A stretch of DNA of 64,000 bases from an uncultured Actinomycetes bacterium (lineage in GTDB: Bacteria > Actinomycetota > UBA4738 > HRBIN12), in NCBI GenBank assembly GCA_963810945.1, contig CAWEPI010000014.1:174308-238307 (forward strand). The letters are read 5' to 3'. A model generated the notes under the pieces. That model did no database searches and was not told where the DNA came from. It saw only the letters and a list, made by a program, of their open reading frames with translations. The stretch's first letter is position 1. Each line of letters begins with the position of its first letter. Positions 29,521-38,173 of the stretch are shown here, piece after piece. Both the position numbers and the translations under genes were made by a program.

Positions 29521-29626
29521 CCGCCGTGCCTCCGCCGTCGTGGTGGGCGGAAGCCTACGCCGACGGTCATCCCCTCGCAGGGCGTCGGTGCCCGATCCGA
29601 CCCGGTCTGCGGAGCGTGCCCGAGCT

Positions 29627-30295
29627 TCAGCGGCCCAGGAGGCCCGCCACGACGTTGATGGTGACCGCGATCACCGCGATCCCGAACACGTAGGACAGCA
29701 GCGCGTGGCGCAAGGCCGCGGACCGGATCGGCTTGGATGTGAGATCCGAGTCCGAGACCTGATAGGTCATGCCGAGCGTGAACGCCACGTACGCGAAGTC
29801 CCCATAGTCCGGGGCCTGATCGTCGTGGAAGTCGATCCCGCCACCGTCCCGGTAGTACAGGTGCGCGTAGCGCAGCAGGAAGATCGTGTGGACCGCCAAC
29901 CACGACAGCGCGACGGAGAGCACGATCACGCCCGTGGTCATCGCGCGCGTTGCACCCGACTCCGACGACGCAGTCAGCAGGGCCATGCCGACGCCGAGTA
30001 GGCTCGCGACGCTCGCGGCGATCAGGACGAGTTCGGCGGCGGAGCGCGAATCGTCCTCACGGGTGGCATGGGCCTCGGTGGTGGTGGCGTCGGACCCGTG
30101 CACCGACAGCCAGACCCAGAGGCAGAAGGCGGCCGCGGCCGCGTCCCAGCCGAGGAGACTGGACACGGGCCAGGGAACGAACGGCGCCGTCGCGCCCGCC
30201 ACGATCAGCCCGAGCGCGGCGGCCAGCACCAATCGCACCAGCGCCCGGACGTGGCGCCCCGGAAGCGCGTCGGCGTCGGGTCCTCGATCGGTCAC
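29627..30295 (-). CDS. DUF1345 family membrane protein
   Basis: YAHLYY...GIDF...PDYGDFAYVAFTLGMTYQVSD...RHALLSYVFG. Confidence 0.85.
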   Translation of the reverse strand: MTDRGPDADALPGRHVRALVRLVLAAALGLIVAGATAPFVPWPVSSLLGWDAAAAAFCLWVWLSVHGSDATTTEAHATREDDSRSAAELVLIAASVASLLGVGMALLTASSESGATRAMTTGVIVLSVALSWLAVHTIFLLRYAHLYYRDGGGIDFHDDQAPDYGDFAYVAFTLGMTYQVSDSDLTSKPIRSAALRHALLSYVFGIAVIAVTINVVAGLLGR

Positions 30296-30339
30296 GGCCC
30301 CGACCTTAACCCCGCTCCTGTGTCACGGACGGGAGCCCT

Positions 30340-31035
30340 CTAGGGTGGATCCGCCGCCGCGTACGTGACGCGGAAGAACGCGTAGACCGCACCGGTGGGC
30401 GGCGACGGCGTGATCGCGAGGGGCCTCGTGGGGTCGAGGAGACCGAGCGACAGCACGACGTCGTCCCGCCCGGGCTGGTTCGGGTCATAGAGGCGGAGCG
30501 TGAGCACACCCCCGGTCAGATCGTAGCCGTACGCCAGCACCTGATGGTCCTGCTTCAGCTGCCGCGGATCCGACGACTTCACCTTGATGAGGCCGAGGGG
30601 GGACGGATGGCCCGTGTCGATGTCGGTCCGCACCTTCGGCCATTCGTCGCGGATCGTCCGCCAGGCTCGCCCGTGCGGCAGGAGACCCGCACGGCTCCAG
30701 ATCGACTCGCCGTCGGCGAGCAAGGGGCTCATCAGCTCCAGGTAGCGCGCGGGCCCCATCGGCAGGTCGAAGCTGTCGAACAGCCGTTCGCAGAGGAAGT
30801 CGAACAACCGCCCTTCACCAGGCGCGGTGGTCCCGTTCGGCGGGATCCTGCCCGCCTCGAAGTAGTCCCGCGCGGCGAACGCCATCCCCCCGCAGAGCCC
30901 GTTCGACGCGTCGCCGATCGGGATGCTGATCACCCCCGGGACGCCGATGTGGCGCACCGGGACATGCGGGAAGTCGTTGGCGAAGCGGAAGCCCGAAACG
31001 CTAGGGAGGAACCCGGGGACCGAGCGACCCGTGAT
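30340..31035 (-). CDS. Hypothetical protein with papain-like Cys-His-Asp motifs; start uncertain
   Basis: NGLCGGM, DHQVLAYGY, LYDPN; frame stays open upstream of GTG 30957 (VPGFLPS..GFRFANDFP) to the patatin stop; best SD-positioned codon is ATC at 31035. Confidence 0.65.
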   Translation of the reverse strand: MTGRSVPGFLPSVSGFRFANDFPHVPVRHIGVPGVISIPIGDASNGLCGGMAFAARDYFEAGRIPPNGTTAPGEGRLFDFLCERLFDSFDLPMGPARYLELMSPLLADGESIWSRAGLLPHGRAWRTIRDEWPKVRTDIDTGHPSPLGLIKVKSSDPRQLKQDHQVLAYGYDLTGGVLTLRLYDPNQPGRDDVVLSLGLLDPTRPLAITPSPPTGAVYAFFRVTYAAADPP

Positions 31036-31053
31036 GTGGAGGCCCCTGCGCGA

Positions 31054-32076
31054 TCAGCCGGCCTCGACCGCGGTCTCGTGCGGCGTGAGGTCGAGCGTGC
31101 CGCCGTCGCGGAACGCCGCCACGTACCGGTCGAAGTCCCAGTCGATCAGGAACTTCTCCGCACCGTGGCGTCCGTTCGCGAAGAGCGTGTCCTGGGTGGG
31201 TTCGTCGATGTCGAAGTCGGTCGCCTTCACCTGGCCGGTGTCGACGAAGATCGTGCGCGCCAGCACCGAAGGGTCGTCGATATGCATCTGGTCGTGGAAG
31301 TTGGTCATCGTGCCCACCATCGCGCGCGCGAGGCCGAACGTGCCCTTCACCTCGAACCGCTCGAGCACCCTCGCGGTGGGTTTCGCGGAGAGCTTGATGC
31401 CGAACGTGGGCCAGCGCGGGCGCTTCCCGTCCGTGCGATCGAACACCTCGATCGGGAAGTTCGAGAGCATCCCGCCGTCCACCATGTAGGACTGCACCTT
31501 CGTGCCGGCGTCGCCGCGGCCCGTGAAGCGCACCGGCTCGTAGAAGAACGGGATCGACATCGAGGCGCGCACGGCGTCGGCCACCAGCTGGTCGTCCGGG
31601 TCCAGGCCATAGTCCGGGTAGTCCCACGGCAGCCGCACGAGTTCGCCCCGGGTGACGTCGGACGTCATCACGACGAGCTTGTAGGCCTTCTCTGGCGGAA
31701 GGGAGGAGTTCGGGTCATCGATCCGCAGATCTCCGAACGTGCGCGCTCCGAGCACCGAGAGGAGCTCGTCCAGCCATTCGACGAGGTAGCGGCCCTCGTA
31801 GATCCCCTTCTCGAAGAGGATGGAGGCCCCCTTGCCCACCAACCCCAGGTGGTCGACGAACCCCTCGTCCTCGAAGCGGCCGTAGTCCACGGTGCGCATC
31901 ACGGCCTCCAGATCCTCGGGCCTCGTGCCGGCCGCGATCAGCGCTCCCACGATGGCCCCTGCGGACGTCCCCGCGATCCGGTGGACCGTGTAGCCCTTGT
32001 CGGCGAGCGCCGCATAGGCCCCCACCAGTCCGATGCCTTTCACGCCGCCGCCCTCGAGCACCAGATCACAGTCCAT
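31054..32076 (-). CDS. Patatin-like phospholipase
   Basis: EGGGVKG oxyanion loop, GTSAG nucleophile, ASMSIPFFY, VDGG. Confidence 0.92.
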   Translation of the reverse strand: MDCDLVLEGGGVKGIGLVGAYAALADKGYTVHRIAGTSAGAIVGALIAAGTRPEDLEAVMRTVDYGRFEDEGFVDHLGLVGKGASILFEKGIYEGRYLVEWLDELLSVLGARTFGDLRIDDPNSSLPPEKAYKLVVMTSDVTRGELVRLPWDYPDYGLDPDDQLVADAVRASMSIPFFYEPVRFTGRGDAGTKVQSYMVDGGMLSNFPIEVFDRTDGKRPRWPTFGIKLSAKPTARVLERFEVKGTFGLARAMVGTMTNFHDQMHIDDPSVLARTIFVDTGQVKATDFDIDEPTQDTLFANGRHGAEKFLIDWDFDRYVAAFRDGGTLDLTPHETAVEAG

Positions 32077-32710
32077 CGTCGGTTCCCTTCGCTGAGATGG
32101 CTTCGGTCGTGGCGGGCGCAGCGGGAGCGGTGTCCGGGATGCGGATCTTCCGCTCGCCCCACTGCGGATCGGGCGGCACCCTGGACAGGTGGAACTGCCG
32201 TTCGAGCTTCGCCCACCGTCGTTCGTCGATGTTCGGCGACTCCTTGGCGTAGCGATCCAGGCGCTGGCGCACGCTGTCGAGCTGATGCACCGCATCCGGA
32301 CGTGACGCGCGCGGCAGCGCCAGCACCTGGGTCATGTCGCGGCGCAGGGTCTCGTAGCGGAACGCCGCGATGCGATGGCCCTCCGAGCGGACCCCAAGTC
32401 GCAGGAACGTCTGGAGCGCCGAGAGCGCCGCGGCGAGGATGCTGATCGATCCGACGACGATCGGGATCCAGCTCTCCACGGAGCCGTTCTCGAGTGAGGC
32501 GAACACGCTCGTGCCCACGATCGTCGTGAGCACCACCACCGGGATGCCGAGCATCAAGGAGCCGCGGCGCAGCCTGTCCGAGCCTTCCCGGTGCCCGGCT
32601 TCGGCCGCCGCCACACGACGCAGCCACGCCTCGAACAGCCGCTCGATGTCGTCATCCCACACGGCCTTCACAACGGGTGGGTTGGCGTTCCGGGTTCGTC
32701 CTTCGGCCAC
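32066..32710 (-). CDS. SLATT domain two-TM protein
   Basis: H..S..L......LGIPVVVLTTIVGTSVF (TM1), IVVGSISILAAALSALQTFL (TM2), SEGHR.AA.RY..LRR helical tail; GGAGG SD before GTG 32710. Confidence 0.75.
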   Translation of the reverse strand: MAEGRTRNANPPVVKAVWDDDIERLFEAWLRRVAAAEAGHREGSDRLRRGSLMLGIPVVVLTTIVGTSVFASLENGSVESWIPIVVGSISILAAALSALQTFLRLGVRSEGHRIAAFRYETLRRDMTQVLALPRASRPDAVHQLDSVRQRLDRYAKESPNIDERRWAKLERQFHLSRVPPDPQWGERKIRIPDTAPAAPATTEAISAKGTDDGL

Positions 32711-32859
32711 GGTGTCCTCCACGCGCGGCGGGCATCTCACGGTAGGCGGGCGGAAGCGGCGGGTCAGTCGGCCAAGGTCGTGATTCCCGCCGTCCCCCAC
32801 CAGGCCGACTCCATACGGCGGCCGCCTCGGGCTTCCTCCGACGTGGGCCCGATACCCGA

Positions 32860-34554
32860 TTGAGCCGGAGCGCCTCCCTGGGGATGATGGAGCGCATGGT
32901 CGCCCCGGCTCGCCGCGCGAAGGCACCCACGTCCGCGCTCATCGTCGTCGCTCTCGCGATCCCGCTACTCGGACTCGCCTTGCTGCTCGGCATCCCGTCG
33001 CTGGATGTGCATTGGGAGCACCACGCGTCGCACTTCTGGCTCGTCCTCGGCATCGCTGTCGTGAACGTCGCACTCGGCCTGATCGTGAGCGAGGTCGCCC
33101 GTCGCAGTCACGACGAGCGGCTCTTCCTGGTCTCCATGGTGCTACTGACCAGCGCGGGCTTCCTTGCCCTGCACGCCCTGGCTACCCCCGCCGTCGTGCT
33201 GAACGGGCCGAACGGCGGGTTCGTCCTCGCCACGCCCGTCGGGATCATCCTGGCGTCCGGCTTCGCGGCGCTCTCCTCGATCGAGATGGACGACCGGACC
33301 GAGGCGATCCTGTGGCGCATGCAGACGCCGATGCGATCCGGCCTCGTCGTCGTGCTCCTCGCGTGGGCGGCGGCCTCGCTCACCGGGGTCCCCCCGCTCG
33401 ATCGGGTGGTCGCGTCCGAACGGGCGCCCTGGCTGCTGGTCCTGCTCCCCTTCGCGATCGCCGCGTACGCGTTCGCGGCGTGGCGCTACCTGGGGATCTA
33501 CCGTGCGCGCGGGCGACCGCTGCCGCTCGCCGTGGCGGCCGCGTTCGTCCTGCTGGCCGAAGCATTGGTGGCGATGGCGTTCGGGAGGGCCTGGCGCGCG
33601 TCGTGGTGGGAGTGGCACGTGCTGATGGCGCTCGCCTTCGCCACGATCGTGCTCGCCGCGCGACGAGAGTATCGGAGCGAGGGTTCGGTGTCGGGGACGT
33701 TCGGAGGCATGTACCTCGACCGCACGCTCGAACGGCTCGACGGCCGTCAATCCGCAGCCATGGCGGAGCTGGTGCGCGCCGACGCCCTGGGGACCCTGGA
33801 CGCGACGTCTGCGAGCCTGCGCGCACGAGGCTTCACCGGGGATCAGGTCGCCCTCATGACGGATTCGGCCCGCGAGTTGGCGCGGATGGATCGTCTGCTC
33901 AGGCAGTACGTGGGTCCGCATCTGGCCGATCGGCTCGACGCCGAGCCCGAGCTCGCGCACCTGGGTGGGCACGAGCGAGAGGTGTCCGTCCTGTTCGCGG
34001 ATCTGGCCGGGTTCACGACGTTCGCCGAGGGTCGCTCGGCCGCCGAGGTGATCGAGATGCTGAACGCCTACTGGGGCGCCGTGGTGCCCTTCGTCGTCGA
34101 CCAGGAAGGCGGACTCATCGAGCGATTCGCCGGCGATGCGATCCTCGCGGTCTTCAACGCGTTGGGTGATCAGCCCGATCACGCGGCCAGGGCCGTGCGT
34201 GCGGCCATCGCGATCCGGGACCGATCCACGGACGTCCGGGCGTCCAACGGCTGGCCCCGCTTCCGCGTCGGGGTGAACACGGGCGTGGCCGTGATCGGGA
34301 ACGTCGGGGCCGGCGCGCAGCGCTCGTTCAGCGTGATCGGCGACACCACGAACGTCGCCGCTCGCCTTCAGGGATTGTCGACACCCGGCACGATCACGAT
34401 CGCGGGCCGAACGTTGGACGACGTGAACGAGGAGCCGGACGTGATCATCGACGTGCGACCGTTGGGCCCCACCGACCTGAAGGGCAAGGCCGAGCCCACG
34501 GAGGCGTTCGAACTGCTGGCGGTGAGCGCCGCCCCGAGGAGCTCCGGGGCATGA
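32860..34554 (+). CDS. Multi-TM class III adenylate/guanylate cyclase
   Basis: About 8 N-terminal TM helices; VLFADLAGFT, IERFAGDA, GVNTG, FSVIGDTTNVAARLQ. Confidence 0.9.
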   Translation: MSRSASLGMMERMVAPARRAKAPTSALIVVALAIPLLGLALLLGIPSLDVHWEHHASHFWLVLGIAVVNVALGLIVSEVARRSHDERLFLVSMVLLTSAGFLALHALATPAVVLNGPNGGFVLATPVGIILASGFAALSSIEMDDRTEAILWRMQTPMRSGLVVVLLAWAAASLTGVPPLDRVVASERAPWLLVLLPFAIAAYAFAAWRYLGIYRARGRPLPLAVAAAFVLLAEALVAMAFGRAWRASWWEWHVLMALAFATIVLAARREYRSEGSVSGTFGGMYLDRTLERLDGRQSAAMAELVRADALGTLDATSASLRARGFTGDQVALMTDSARELARMDRLLRQYVGPHLADRLDAEPELAHLGGHEREVSVLFADLAGFTTFAEGRSAAEVIEMLNAYWGAVVPFVVDQEGGLIERFAGDAILAVFNALGDQPDHAARAVRAAIAIRDRSTDVRASNGWPRFRVGVNTGVAVIGNVGAGAQRSFSVIGDTTNVAARLQGLSTPGTITIAGRTLDDVNEEPDVIIDVRPLGPTDLKGKAEPTEAFELLAVSAAPRSSGA

Positions 34555-34613
34555 TGTGGCTCAGAGGACGCGAGCTCCTCATGTCGGGCTCTCCGACGGC
34601 CGATACTGCCTCC

Positions 34614-35213
34614 ATGAAGCGACACGTCGCCCTGCTGCTCGTCCTGACTGCCACCTTGTTCGCGATCCCCGCGGGCGCCTCCGCCGATGCCAGCCCGGAC
34701 GCGCCTGCGCGCGGGGCCGGCACGACGCCGGACTACCAGCCGGACGCGTGGATCAAGCTCTGCGGTCTCAGCACCGGCTGCACGATCGATCCGCTCCCGC
34801 ACCCATGGCGCGGCAAGGACGTGTACAACGCCACCGGCGCCAAGCAGACCGTGAACCACCTCATCGACGACGGCGAGGGCGTGCGCTACTGGATCACGAT
34901 CCAGAACGACGGCGCGCTCGCCGACACGTTCACCGTGCACGGGTGCAAGGGCACCCCGCGGTTCATCATCAACGCGGTGCTGATCGGCAAGCACAAGCTC
35001 CCCGACTGGCGCGCTGAGAACATCACGAAAGCCTTCAAGCGGGGCACCTACACGGTAGACCTCCCGGGGTCGGGCACACCGAAGCGCCTGGTCTTCACGC
35101 TGAACATCGTGACGGTCTCCCCCGGTCTCACCTACCGTTGCCCGATCACGGTGACGTCCGGCGGCCCGACGCCCGTCCAGGACACCGTGGCGGTCACGAT
35201 CACCACCTTCTGA
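34614..35213 (+). CDS. Hypothetical secreted beta-rich protein
   Basis: Signal peptide MKRHVALL...AGASA; YQPDAWIK, ITIQNDG..DTF Ig-like segment. Confidence 0.7.
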   Translation: MKRHVALLLVLTATLFAIPAGASADASPDAPARGAGTTPDYQPDAWIKLCGLSTGCTIDPLPHPWRGKDVYNATGAKQTVNHLIDDGEGVRYWITIQNDGALADTFTVHGCKGTPRFIINAVLIGKHKLPDWRAENITKAFKRGTYTVDLPGSGTPKRLVFTLNIVTVSPGLTYRCPITVTSGGPTPVQDTVAVTITTF

Positions 35214-35292
35214 CGTACCCGGCGCCTCTCGCGCTTCCGGATCTGCCCTCGGGCCGCGGGCCCGACCGATCGCGCGTAGGGTGGTCTCGAGG

Positions 35293-36621
35293 ATGCCTCG
35301 TCTCCCGTTCGCTCGTGCCGCGCGCGCGACGATCGTCGTCGTGTTGCTGGGAGCTTGTACCTCCGCGCCCGTTTCCTCGGTCGGGTCCCCATCCCCGCAA
35401 CGCCCGAGCGCGACCCCGTCGGTGACGACGGACACGCCCTCACAGGCGGCCCCTCCGACCACCGGAGGGCCCGAGCTCACGGCGAGCCACGTGACGATCC
35501 GGCTGCCCGCGGGTGGGTCGTTCCGCGTGCGGGGCACCTATCCGTGGAGCCCGTCCCGCTGCGTCCATCAAGAGCGGACGACGCTCGACGGGAAGTACCC
35601 GGGCACGCTCTCGATCCGCACGATCGGTGACGGCACCCTGACCCTGACCGTGACGCTCACCTTCCAGCGGTACCTCGAAGGGATCGCGGAGGTGCCACCG
35701 ACGTGGCCGGCGGCGGCCCTCGAGGCACAGGCGATCGCGGCCCGCAGCTACGTGCTCTCGACCACAGGCTGGACCGGTGCGCAGGGAGCGCACCTCGCTA
35801 CCCCGATCTGCGGCACGTCCGCCTGTCAGGTCTACGGCGGCATCCCGATCCCCCGCCCGGCGGGCCTCCGACGTTGGTACAGGGCCGTGCGGGACACGAC
35901 GGGGGAAGTGCTCATGTACGGAGGGCGGCCCGCCGACACGGTGTACTTCTCGACCTCGAACGGCCGGACCTACGGGAACGACGAGATCTTCGGAAGCTCG
36001 CCGCTTCCCTATCTTCGACCCGTCGTCGAGCGCGACGACGGGGCATCGCCGCTCTCGCGGTGGCGCGTCGCGCTGCCGTTCCGGGACCTCACTCCCATGC
36101 TGGTCGCCGCAGGGTCGTGGCCAGGCGGCGCGCCGATCACGTCGGCGGCCGTGGTCGGGTCGGTCGTGCGTCTCGTGGGCGGAGGACAGACGCGCGCGAT
36201 CGACGCGGGCACGCTCCGCGACGACGTGAACACCTGGGGCCCGTGCCTGATGCCGCGCAGGTACCCGAGTGGAGGCCTTCCCGTCGCGATCCCGTCGGGA
36301 TGGTTCCATCTCTCCGCGGGCTCCCGAGGGTTGGTGGTGGACGGCAGGGGCTGGGGACACGGGGTGGGCATGGTGCAGTGGGGCGCGTACGGCAAGGCCG
36401 CACGCGGATGGTCGACGTCGAAGATCCTCGCCTTCTACTACGGAGGCCTCAGGCCTCAGCGATACGCTGAGCCCGGCACGCTCGACGTCGTGGTCGCGAG
36501 CGGCTTGCGGTCGATGACGGTAGATCCTTCCGCGGCCGGAGCGACGGTGGACGGCAGCAGGTTCGACGGGACGCTTCGCATCGTCGGAGGCGACGAGGTC
36601 ACGGTGACCTCCCCCGCATGA
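35293..36621 (+). CDS. SpoIID/LytB domain lipoprotein (lytic transglycosylase-like)
   Basis: Lipobox LLGAC; YLEGIAEVP..WP..ALEAQAIAARSY, CQVYGG, LPYL, GWGHGVGMVQWGA, ILAFYY. Confidence 0.85.
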   Translation: MPRLPFARAARATIVVVLLGACTSAPVSSVGSPSPQRPSATPSVTTDTPSQAAPPTTGGPELTASHVTIRLPAGGSFRVRGTYPWSPSRCVHQERTTLDGKYPGTLSIRTIGDGTLTLTVTLTFQRYLEGIAEVPPTWPAAALEAQAIAARSYVLSTTGWTGAQGAHLATPICGTSACQVYGGIPIPRPAGLRRWYRAVRDTTGEVLMYGGRPADTVYFSTSNGRTYGNDEIFGSSPLPYLRPVVERDDGASPLSRWRVALPFRDLTPMLVAAGSWPGGAPITSAAVVGSVVRLVGGGQTRAIDAGTLRDDVNTWGPCLMPRRYPSGGLPVAIPSGWFHLSAGSRGLVVDGRGWGHGVGMVQWGAYGKAARGWSTSKILAFYYGGLRPQRYAEPGTLDVVVASGLRSMTVDPSAAGATVDGSRFDGTLRIVGGDEVTVTSPA

Positions 36622-37394
36622 CCTCCAACCGCGGACGGCGCGTCGTGACGGCCAGCGTCGTCGTCGCGGTGGCGACCCTCGGGAGCGCCTGCTGGCGCAC
36701 GGCCTCGGAGCCCGCACGCACGATCCCGTCTGCGACCCGAGCCGTGGGTGAGCCCTCATCGGGGGTCGCGACGTCGGCGCCGTCGACGAGTGACGCCTCG
36801 CAGACCCCAGCCTTCGCGGGCGGGGTGTTCCGGATCGGACCGTTCCTCCGCGAGCGTCTCACGGGCCGGGACTGGCACCCCGGATGCCCGGTGGCGATCG
36901 ACCACCTGCGCCACGTCGAGGTGCGCTACTGGGATCTCCAGGGACACGTGCGCACGGGACCGCTGATCGTGCACGAGGCCGTGGCGCACGACGTGCTGTG
37001 GGTGTTCCACCGATTGTTCGACGCCCGGTTCCCGATCCACCGGATCGCGCTGCCGCCGCGCTACCGGCCGCCTCGGCCGGAGGATCGGCTCAGCACGCGG
37101 GACCTCACGGCGGCGTTCAACTGCCGCCCCGTCACCGGCGATCCTGGATCGCTCTCGCAGCACGCGTACGGGTGGGCGATCGACATCAACCCGCTGCTGA
37201 ATCCGTACGTGCGGGCCGACGGCTCGGTCCTTCGCCGTGCCGTGATCCCGTACCTCGACAGGAGCCGGCGCGTGCCGGGGATGATCCATCCGGACGATGT
37301 CGTGGTCCGGTCGTTCGCGCGGATCGGGTGGGAGTGGGGGGGCGACTGGGTGACGTTGAAGGACTACATGCACTTCTCGCTGACGGGTGGCTGA
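36618..37394 (+). CDS. M15 family metallopeptidase lipoprotein (cell-wall peptidase)
   Basis: AFNCR, SQHAYGWAIDINP (SxHxxGxAxD), WGGDW, DYMHF. Confidence 0.88.
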   Translation: MTSNRGRRVVTASVVVAVATLGSACWRTASEPARTIPSATRAVGEPSSGVATSAPSTSDASQTPAFAGGVFRIGPFLRERLTGRDWHPGCPVAIDHLRHVEVRYWDLQGHVRTGPLIVHEAVAHDVLWVFHRLFDARFPIHRIALPPRYRPPRPEDRLSTRDLTAAFNCRPVTGDPGSLSQHAYGWAIDINPLLNPYVRADGSVLRRAVIPYLDRSRRVPGMIHPDDVVVRSFARIGWEWGGDWVTLKDYMHFSLTGG

Positions 37395-37482
37395 GCCCGA
37401 GGCACCGAGCGCCTCGTGCATGGCATGATGCGATGCACCCGAGGAGAAGCCGATTCCTCGCACGACCATCGAGGGGGAAGCC

Positions 37483-38085
37483 GTGCCGAAGCTCTACTCG
37501 ATCCGTCCGACTTTGAGCCTCAAGGGACGCCGATTCCAGGGGGTGCGCGGGTTCACCGGCAAGCCGTCCCACCCGCCGCTCACGGATTTCCCCATCGTCT
37601 GCTACGTGCTGGCCGCCGTCTTCGACCTGATCTCCTATTCGTCCGGTGCGCACGACCCGAAGGCGCAGGACTTCTTCGCGGCCGCGACGTTCGTGATGGT
37701 GGCCGGCTTCATCGTGGGCCTCGGCGCCGTGCTCACGGGGTTCTTCGACTGGTGGAAGGGCATCCCGCGCGACCGCAAGTCGGGCCCGATCGGGCGCGCG
37801 AAGCACACCCAAGTGTGGCGCACGATCAACTGGCACGCGACGGTGATGCTCACGGTGACGGTGCTGATCCTCGTCGACCTCCTGTTGCGGATCCCGAACT
37901 TCGACGACGCCCAGACGCAGCTGAGCTGGCTCGTCCTGTCGGTCGTGGCTGCCCTCCTGGTGGCGTTCGGCGCGGCCTACGGTGGCACGCTCGTGTTCGA
38001 GTACGGGTTCAACGTCGAGAACGTCGACGAGGTGTGGAACGAGTCCGAAGAGGACTACGTGCGGCCTGAACGGAAGAAGCGGTAG
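37483..38085 (+). CDS. DUF2231 family membrane protein
   Basis: HPPLTDFPI, TGFFDW, H in TM3, GGTLVFEYG. Confidence 0.8.
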   Translation: MPKLYSIRPTLSLKGRRFQGVRGFTGKPSHPPLTDFPIVCYVLAAVFDLISYSSGAHDPKAQDFFAAATFVMVAGFIVGLGAVLTGFFDWWKGIPRDRKSGPIGRAKHTQVWRTINWHATVMLTVTVLILVDLLLRIPNFDDAQTQLSWLVLSVVAALLVAFGAAYGGTLVFEYGFNVENVDEVWNESEEDYVRPERKKR

Positions 38086-38173
38086 CCGGTGCGACGGGTG
38101 CTCGATTGCCCGAACAGCTGAAAGCTCATAGGGTTCTCGGCGAGGACCCTCCCCAGGAACGGACAGCGGCGGC

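Noticed and set aside
28712-29626. TPP riboswitch upstream of the thiXYZ-like genes or tenA
   Set aside because: No CTGAGA...ACCTGA core seen in either leader by eye; a covariance-model search would settle it.
31054-31056. Selenocysteine recoding of the patatin TGA
   Set aside because: The codon lies after the complete domain, not at a catalytic Cys position, and I saw no convincing SECIS.
30340-34554. Calling this locus CBASS or Pycsar
   Set aside because: No CD-NTase; the cyclase is multi-TM and divergent, and the effectors lack a recognisable cNMP/SAVED/STING sensor. Kept only as a candidate.
35293-36621. Evidence for endospore formation
   Set aside because: SpoIID/LytB domains are widespread in non-sporulating bacteria, and no other sporulation genes are present.
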